From an uncultured Solirubrobacteraceae bacterium (GTDB lineage: Bacteria > Actinomycetota > Thermoleophilia > Solirubrobacterales > Solirubrobacteraceae): a stretch of 64,000 bases of DNA. The notes beneath the pieces were generated by a model, which was given only the letters and a program-made list of their open reading frames with translations, was not told the origin of the DNA and did no database searches. The stretch lies in assembly GCA_963752015.1 (NCBI GenBank), contig CAVVWS010000001.1:628382-692381 (forward strand), in the 5' to 3' direction. The translations under genes were made by a program, and so were the position numbers. Positions within the stretch are counted from its first letter, which is position 1, and every line of letters starts with the position of its first letter. Positions 58,527 through 64,000 of the stretch are shown one piece after another.

Positions 58527-58934
58527 TCAGGACGTCGTCGAGAGCGAGGCCTCGGGTCGAGTCGGCTCGAACAGTTCGATCGGGTTGCCAGAAGGGTCCT
58601 CGACCAGAATCTGCTTGCCACCGACTCCGGTGATGATCTCGCTGCGAAAGCGGGCGCCCTGCGTGCGCAGCTCCTCGACGGTCGCGGCGAGGTCGGTCAC
58701 CTCGAGCTGAAAGCGGTTCCAGCCTCCCGGCTCGGGCAACGTTCCATCGGGCATGGCCTGGCCGCCGCCGGGTCCGCCCGCCGGTGCGCTGAGCACGAGG
58801 CGGAGGTCCCCGCGGGAGAGCATGGCAAACGAAGGGGCGGGATGCATGTCCTCGTGAAAGCCCAACCGGCCGCAGTAGAAGTCGATTGCGGCGTCGACGT
58901 CGTTGACGATGTAGCGAACGCTGACGGTGGCCAA
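58527..58934 (-). CDS. VOC/glyoxalase family protein
   Basis: TTG 58934 with GAGGAG upstream. MATVSVRYIVNDVDAAIDFYCGRLGFHEDMHPAPSFAMLSRGDLRLVLS...ILVEDPSGNPIELFEP. Confidence 0.75.
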   Translation of the reverse strand: MATVSVRYIVNDVDAAIDFYCGRLGFHEDMHPAPSFAMLSRGDLRLVLSAPAGGPGGGQAMPDGTLPEPGGWNRFQLEVTDLAATVEELRTQGARFRSEIITGVGGKQILVEDPSGNPIELFEPTRPEASLSTTS

Positions 58935-58965
58935 GAGTGCTCCTCGCTTCGCCGGTGCAGGCTCC

Positions 58966-60251
58966 CTAGAACGTATCGCTCGCGGCGCCGGCGGCGATCT
59001 GGCGGGCGACGATGGCGGCGTCTTCGCCCACCCCGTTGAGGAGCGCTGACTTGCGCTTGCGGAGGAAGTGGACGCCGACGAAGTAGAGCCCGGGGCGACG
59101 GCTGGCCTTGGATGATAGTGGACGCCGACGAAGTAGAGCCCGGGGGCGACGGTGCTGGCCCCTTCGCGATGGATCGGGAAGCCGAACTCGTCGAACGCGC
59201 CCGGGAAGCGGACCCACGACTCGTAGTCGGGCCGAAAGCCACCCGCGAACACGACCGCCCCGAAGGCGCTCAGATTCAGCTCTTCGGGCGCGTCGGCGTC
59301 GAACGGCTCCGGTTCGGGGATCTCCGGCCGCGGCAGTCCGCGTTCGACGACCAGCGTCCGGACCAGATCCATGAGCTGCGCATTCCGCTCATCGCCCCAG
59401 GCGACGCTCTCGCCGAGGTCCGGCGCGAACCGGGCGTGGCGGCCGTCGGCGCCCAGGAAGTGGCCGAGCAGGGTGACCCCCATCTTCCGCAGCGTCCGGT
59501 AGTGGAGGTCGTGGCCGCCGCCGGCCCCCGTTGCCTGCACGTTGGCGGCCAACCGAGCGGCCGGGCTCGGCAACGAGCTGACCGGCGCGTCGAGAAAGCC
59601 TGTCTCGAGCGCCCACCAGGCGAGGTCCCGGTCGCCGAGCCTGCGGGGCATCCACGAAGCCCGCCCGCAGGCCAGGAAGACCTCGCGGCCGGCTTGGTGG
59701 AGCTCCTCGGCGATCTGGCATCCGGATTGGCCGCTTCCGACCACCAGCACCGGGCCGGAAGGAACATCCGCCGGGTTGCGGTACCCCTCGACGTCGATCT
59801 GGAGCAGGTCCGCGGCGAGCGTGGCCGCTCCCGCCGGCCGGTGGGGCCGCTGGTACGCGCCGGTGCTGAGGACGACCGTTCCAGCCGCGATCTGCCCGGC
59901 CGAGGTCTCCAGCAGGAAGCCGCCGTCGGGCCCTGGCTGGAGCGAGGTCACCTCGACACCTTCCCGCACCGGGGCCTCGAACCCTGCCGCGTAGCGCTCG
60001 AGGTACGCCACGACCTCATCGCGGACGATGAAGCCGTCGGGGTCGCCGCCGTCGTAGGGATGGCCGGGGAGCTGAAGGAACCAGTTCGGCGTGACCAGGC
60101 AGAAGCTGTCCCAGCGCCCCCGCCAGGTCTGCCCGACCTTTCCCTTCTCGAGCAGGACGTGCGCAACGGCCGCCTGCGTGAGCTCGCGGCTGACCGCGAG
60201 TCCGGCTTGACCGGCGCCCACGATCACCACGTCGGCTCGGTCGTCGGTCAC
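58966..60251 (-). pseudogene. flavin-containing monooxygenase-like FAD/NAD(P) oxidoreductase, disrupted by a 50-bp tandem duplication near its 3' end
   Basis: GTG 60251 overlaps the methyltransferase stop (GTGA). DVVIVGAGQAGLAVSREL and VLVVGSGQSGCQIAEEL. ...STVAPGLYFVGVH is encoded twice (59068-59095 and 59118-59146). The true C-terminus FLRKRKSALLNGVGEDAAIVARQIAAGAASDTF* is in ORF 58966..59217. Confidence 0.75.
59068..59160. repeat. imperfect tandem duplication, period 50 bp
   Basis: gtggacgccgacgaagtagagcccgggg at 59068-59095 recurs at 59118-59145. The next ~14 nt (cgacgg-ctggcc versus cgacggtgctggcc) match apart from small indels. Confidence 0.85.
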
Positions 60252-61120
60252 CGCCCGCCCCTCGACTGCCGCCGCGCGAGCGCGACGTAGGTCTCGCCCG
60301 GGAAGACCACGCCCTCGTCGTCGGTATGGTCGCGGATCTCGCCGGCGAAGTCGCGGATCAGCGCCTCGCGGGCGTCCTCGTCGAGGGCGCCGATCGGCCC
60401 GGCCAGGGGCGAGGACGCCGCCTCCCAGAGCACGAGCTCCGCGGGCGAGGGATAGCGGGCGGTCGCGACCACGATGCGGACCCGCACGTCGTGAAAACCG
60501 GCGCTGGTGACGAGCTCGCGCAGCTCGGCCGCGTCGCCCGCGGGGAAGGGCGAGCGCATCATCGCCCCCGCCTCGGGCCCCGCGTGTCGCTCCAGGGCAT
60601 CGGCCAGCGCGACCCCCCAGCCGCGGTTGTAGGCGATCGGGCGCCACACGCTCAGCGCCAGGCGCCCGCCCGGCGCCAGCACCCGGCGCATCTCGCGCAG
60701 CGCGGCCTCCCGGTGCGGGAAGAACTGCAGCCCCTGCTGGCAGAGGACGAGGTCGAACGCCGCGTCGCGCAGCGGCATCGCTGCCGCGTCCCCGTGCCGC
60801 CACTCGATCGGCGGGGAGACCTCCGCCGAGGCGGCCCGCGCCACCGCGAGCATGCCCTCGTTCAGATCGAGCCCGCAGACCGAGCCGCGCTCGCCGACCC
60901 GCTCGGCTGCGAGCCGCGCCACGATCCCGGTGCCGCAGGCGACGTCGAGCACCCGCTCGCCCCGTTCGGGCGACGCGGACTCGACGAGCTGCTCGGCCAG
61001 GGCTCGCGCCCAGGCCGGCACTGCGTAGCGCTCATAGGCCTCGGCGCTCGACCCCTCGAGTTGCCATCCGGCCCCCTCGGGGCCCTGCCGTGCCTTGGCC
61101 TGCTGATTGGCGATCGACAC
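60248..61120 (-). CDS. class I SAM-dependent methyltransferase
   Basis: 290-aa intact ORF; motif I VLDVACGTG, then LAPGGRLALSVW. Confidence 0.85.
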   Translation of the reverse strand: MSIANQQAKARQGPEGAGWQLEGSSAEAYERYAVPAWARALAEQLVESASPERGERVLDVACGTGIVARLAAERVGERGSVCGLDLNEGMLAVARAASAEVSPPIEWRHGDAAAMPLRDAAFDLVLCQQGLQFFPHREAALREMRRVLAPGGRLALSVWRPIAYNRGWGVALADALERHAGPEAGAMMRSPFPAGDAAELRELVTSAGFHDVRVRIVVATARYPSPAELVLWEAASSPLAGPIGALDEDAREALIRDFAGEIRDHTDDEGVVFPGETYVALARRQSRGGR

Positions 61121-61210
61121 CTGCTCTCCTCAGCTCGGGATCGCACGCCAGTATCCGCGCGCGGGCAGGCTCCGTCTTCGCCTCATCATGCCAACTTGTG
61201 GAGGGCGGAG

Positions 61211-61230
61211 CATGGCCTGTCCAGGCCATG
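61211..61230 (-). terminator. hairpin CATGGCCT-gtcc-AGGCCATG just downstream of the LuxR-TPR stop
   Basis: 8-bp perfect stem and 4-nt loop, 12 nt past the stop at 61242. No U-tract, so low confidence. Confidence 0.3.
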
Positions 61231-61241
61231 CGGCCACGCCG

Positions 61242-62942
61242 CTAGAGCAGTTGCAGCCGGTTCGCCTTCGCCACGGCCGAGGCCCGAGAGCGGCAGCCCA
61301 GCCTGGCGTAAGCGTTCTGAAGGTGGCGGTGGACGGTGTGCCTGCTGAGTACCAGCCGCACCGCGACCTCGTTGTCCGTCAGGCCCTGCGAGACCAGGCC
61401 CAGGACCTCGAGCTGGCGGGGCGTCAGGACCGCATCGCGGTGTGGAGCACGCCCGGTCTGCGGTGCGACGCCGAGGCGCTTGAGCAGCCCGCGCGCCCGC
61501 GCGCTCTCCGCCGCAGCCCCGATCTCGTCGAAGCGCCTGAGCGCCACCGTCGCCTCGCGCGCAGCCGCGTCCTCACGGTCCAGCGCGACCAGCACGGCGG
61601 CCAGCTCGAGCCGGGCTCGGCCCATCTCGAATGGAGCGCCGCTTGCCGCGAACAGCTCGACCGCGTCCTCGAGCCGCTCGCGCGCCGTGTCGTGATCGCC
61701 GCCGGCGGCGGCGAGAAGCCCCTCCGAGAAGCTCACCGCGGCGCGTAGCGGCTGCGTTCCCACCGCGGCCGCGATCGCGCGCAGCTCCGAGACGTGTGGT
61801 GTGGCGGACTCGACCGCGCCCGCGGCGACCTGCGCGCGCACCAGCAGCTCCAGGGGATGGGCCCGCAGCGTCCTGTTCTCCGCGGGTAGACGCCGAAGGA
61901 GCGGCTCGAGGAGGTCACGAGCGGCCGGGGCATCCCCTTGGTCGAGGGCCAGCTCTGCCATGCCCAGCCGGGCGAGCGCATTGCCCTGGGCTCGGGAGAG
62001 CAGCTGCTCTGCCTCGGCCAAGCGGCCCTGGCGGCGGCGCAGATCGGCGAGCCGCACGAGGGCCGCACCGCTCCAGGAGGGGCGGTTGGCGGTCAGGTCC
62101 TCGGTCGCCTCAGTCAGCTCCCGCTCGGCCTCCGGCCAGTTCCCGTGCCAGGTGAGCACCGCCCCATAGTGCGCCCGGCAGGTCCCGGTGACGAAGTTGA
62201 TCCGCATCCGGCGGCTGAACTCCTCCACCTTCCTGCACCACTGCGCCGCCCGGTCGTAGTCGCGCACCCGCTCGCAGGCGCCGATCAAGAGGCAACAGGT
62301 CCATCCCGCCGGCACGATCTGCTCGTACTCGCCTCCCAGCGCGGCCGCGGTCGCCTCGTCGAGGCAGCGCATGCCCGCCTCCACCTGGCCCTCGTTGACC
62401 AGCGCGACGCCCTCGACGGCGAGCCCGAACATCTCCAGGCAGACCACGCCGAGCCGGCGGCCCAGCTCACGCGCGCGAGCGGCGAGCTCCCTGGCCCTCG
62501 CCGTGTCGCCTTCACCCAGCGCCATGTATCCCTGCAGGGCGGCGAGCCAGCCGTGCTCGGGGCAGGGGTCCAGCCCTTCGAGGATGCGGCCCGCGCGCTG
62601 GAACCAGCCGTTGGCCACCGCGGCTTCGCCCCGGAGGACGAGGTAGTCGTCGCCGAGCCAGAGCGCCATCATGGCCGCGCGGCGCTTGTCGCCCGTCCGG
62701 CGGCCCAGCCGGTAGGCGCGCTCGCGCGCGTCGAGGCAGGCCGGCACGTCCTCGATCCACCACGCCGCCCAGCTCAGGCCCTCCAGGGCGTCGAGCGTCT
62801 CGCCCGCCTCGAGCTCCTCCTCGAAGATCGCCCGGGCCTCGGCCCAGGCGCCGCGGGCAAGCGCGGCCTCGCCCTCCCGGACTCGCTCGCCCCCGGACGC
62901 GACCTCGGCCATGGCCGAACAGTAGGGGGTCCGCTTATCCAC
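61242..62942 (-). CDS. LuxR-family transcriptional regulator with TPR-like N-terminal region (no ATPase)
   Basis: C-terminal LTPRQLEVLGLVSQGLTDNEVAVRLVLSRHTVHRHLQNAYARLGCRSRASAV. Start is GTG 62942 or ATG 62912. Confidence 0.85.
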   Translation of the reverse strand: MDKRTPYCSAMAEVASGGERVREGEAALARGAWAEARAIFEEELEAGETLDALEGLSWAAWWIEDVPACLDARERAYRLGRRTGDKRRAAMMALWLGDDYLVLRGEAAVANGWFQRAGRILEGLDPCPEHGWLAALQGYMALGEGDTARARELAARARELGRRLGVVCLEMFGLAVEGVALVNEGQVEAGMRCLDEATAAALGGEYEQIVPAGWTCCLLIGACERVRDYDRAAQWCRKVEEFSRRMRINFVTGTCRAHYGAVLTWHGNWPEAERELTEATEDLTANRPSWSGAALVRLADLRRRQGRLAEAEQLLSRAQGNALARLGMAELALDQGDAPAARDLLEPLLRRLPAENRTLRAHPLELLVRAQVAAGAVESATPHVSELRAIAAAVGTQPLRAAVSFSEGLLAAAGGDHDTARERLEDAVELFAASGAPFEMGRARLELAAVLVALDREDAAAREATVALRRFDEIGAAAESARARGLLKRLGVAPQTGRAPHRDAVLTPRQLEVLGLVSQGLTDNEVAVRLVLSRHTVHRHLQNAYARLGCRSRASAVAKANRLQLL

Positions 62943-63009
62943 TGGCAGCGGACCCAGGCCCGTCCAGATCCCTGTGATCCGAGCCGATGCGGGTTAGGCT
63001 CGCCACAGG

Positions 63010-64000
63010 GTGAGTACCGACGCCCTTGCCGGGCCGATCGTCGGACGCGACGCCGAGCTTGCCGAGCTCGACGCGATGCTGGGCGTGCTCATGAGCGGGG
63101 GGTCGGCGTGCGTGGCGGTCGAGGGTGAGCCCGGCATCGGCAAGACGAGCCTGCTCTCGGAGCTCCGCCACCGCGCGGAGGAGCAAGGGTGCCTGGTGCT
63201 CAACGGCGTGGCGGCGGAGTTCGAGCGCGATCTCCCGTTCAGCGTCTGGACGGACGCGCTCGATGCGTACGTCTCGTCGCAGCCGCTCGACCTGGAGGCC
63301 CTGGGGCCGCTGGACGTCGTCTTCGAGCTCGGCGAGATCCTTCCCTCGCTGCGTCCTTCCGGCGCCGGGGGTGGGGAGTCGGTGGCCGATGAGCGCTACC
63401 GCAGCCATCGGGCGATCCGCATGCTGCTGGCCCTGCTGGCCGCCGACCGTCCGCTCGTGCTCGTGCTGGACGACCTGCACTGGAGCGACGCCGCATCGAT
63501 CGAGCTGATCGCGGCGCTGCTGCGGCGCGGTCCGCGCGTGCCGGTGCTGTTCGCGCTCGCGTTCCGGCCGAGCCAGGCGCCCGCCCGCCTGTCGGCCGCG
63601 CTCGCGGTGCCGTCGGTCCGCCGCATCGCGCTCCGCGAGCTCAGCGAGGCGCAGGCCGGCGAGCTGCTGGGCGATCTCCAACCCGCAGCGGTCGCGGCCA
63701 TCTACCTCCACGGCGGCGGCAACCCGTTCTACCTCGAGCAGCTCGCGCGGGCCGGCGGGGAAGCGTGGCGTCACAGGGCGCCGGACGGCAACGGGGCGGG
63801 AAACGGGGTTCCTGCCGCGGTCGCGGCGTCGCTCGCGGAGGAGTTCGCGTCCTTGTCGGGGAAGCAGCGCGCGCTGCTGGATGCCGCCGCCGTCGCCGGC
63901 GAGCCGTTCGAAGCCAGCCTCGCGGCAGCGATCGCGGAGCTGGCCCCGGCCCACGGGCTCGCGGCGCTCGACGAGCTCCTGGCGCTCGATCTCGTGCGTC
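63010..64000 (+). CDS. AAA-ATPase regulator (LuxR-associated type), 5' part; continues past the window end
   Basis: Not in the ORF track because there is no stop in the window. GTG 63010 gives VSTDALAGPIVGRDAELAELDAMLGVLMSGGSACVAVEGEPGIGKTSLLSELR...LVLVLDDLHWSDAASIELIAALL...GGGNPFYLEQLARAG..., open to position 64000. Confidence 0.8.
   Translation, partial: MSTDALAGPIVGRDAELAELDAMLGVLMSGGSACVAVEGEPGIGKTSLLSELRHRAEEQGCLVLNGVAAEFERDLPFSVWTDALDAYVSSQPLDLEALGPLDVVFELGEILPSLRPSGAGGGESVADERYRSHRAIRMLLALLAADRPLVLVLDDLHWSDAASIELIAALLRRGPRVPVLFALAFRPSQAPARLSAALAVPSVRRIALRELSEAQAGELLGDLQPAAVAAIYLHGGGNPFYLEQLARAGGEAWRHRAPDGNGAGNGVPAAVAASLAEEFASLSGKQRALLDAAAVAGEPFEASLAAAIAELAPAHGLAALDELLALDLVR

Noticed and set aside
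1-64000. Programmed ribosomal frameshifting or recoding as the explanation for the split genes
   Set aside because: The breaks hit unrelated gene families with no shared slippery heptamer or downstream structure. Several are plain homopolymer length changes, and some genes need many shifts. Indel error or decay is far more economical.
1-64000. CRISPR arrays, IS elements, integrases, prophage or conjugation modules, rRNA and tRNA genes
   Set aside because: I saw no spaced direct-repeat arrays. No DDE, serine or tyrosine recombinase-like translations appear in any ORF. No rRNA- or tRNA-like sequence was recognised.

Overview
High-GC, actinobacterium-like chromosomal segment. Hand counts of 100-nt samples gave about 79% GC in a LuxR gene, 71% in the PadR operon and 64% in one glycoside hydrolase gene. 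I can support about 60 genes. I recognised no rRNA, tRNA, CRISPR array, transposase, integrase or phage module. Contents: (i) many large LuxR/AAA-ATPase/TPR regulators (6080-8317, 11222-14023, 54117-57120 decayed, 61242-62942, 63010->64000) plus an HD-GYP-LuxR fusion; (ii) two MMPL transporters and a WS/DGAT acyltransferase; (iii) a sugar-oxidation cluster of GH15, aldose 1-epimerase, zwf, GMC oxidoreductase and type II NADH dehydrogenase; (iv) a PadR-DUF1048-ABC operon; (v) DUF1269/DUF7144/GAP membrane-protein genes next to an arylsulfatase; (vi) secreted or surface proteins: a giant DUF11 repeat protein, a collagen-like protein with a tail-tube-like head, a beta-helix protein, a tandem-domain Cys protein and a compositionally atypical glycoside hydrolase; (vii) an orphan csrA. 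The dominant non-standard signal is that about 20 conserved genes are frame-broken as sequenced. Several breaks sit in homopolymer runs and they cluster at 23.7-27.5 kb and 54.1-58.1 kb. Other genes are real remnants (internal deletion, truncations, a 50-bp tandem duplication). I cannot tell assembly indels from real decay without reads. All family assignments rest on motif recognition from the translated ORFs, not on database searches.
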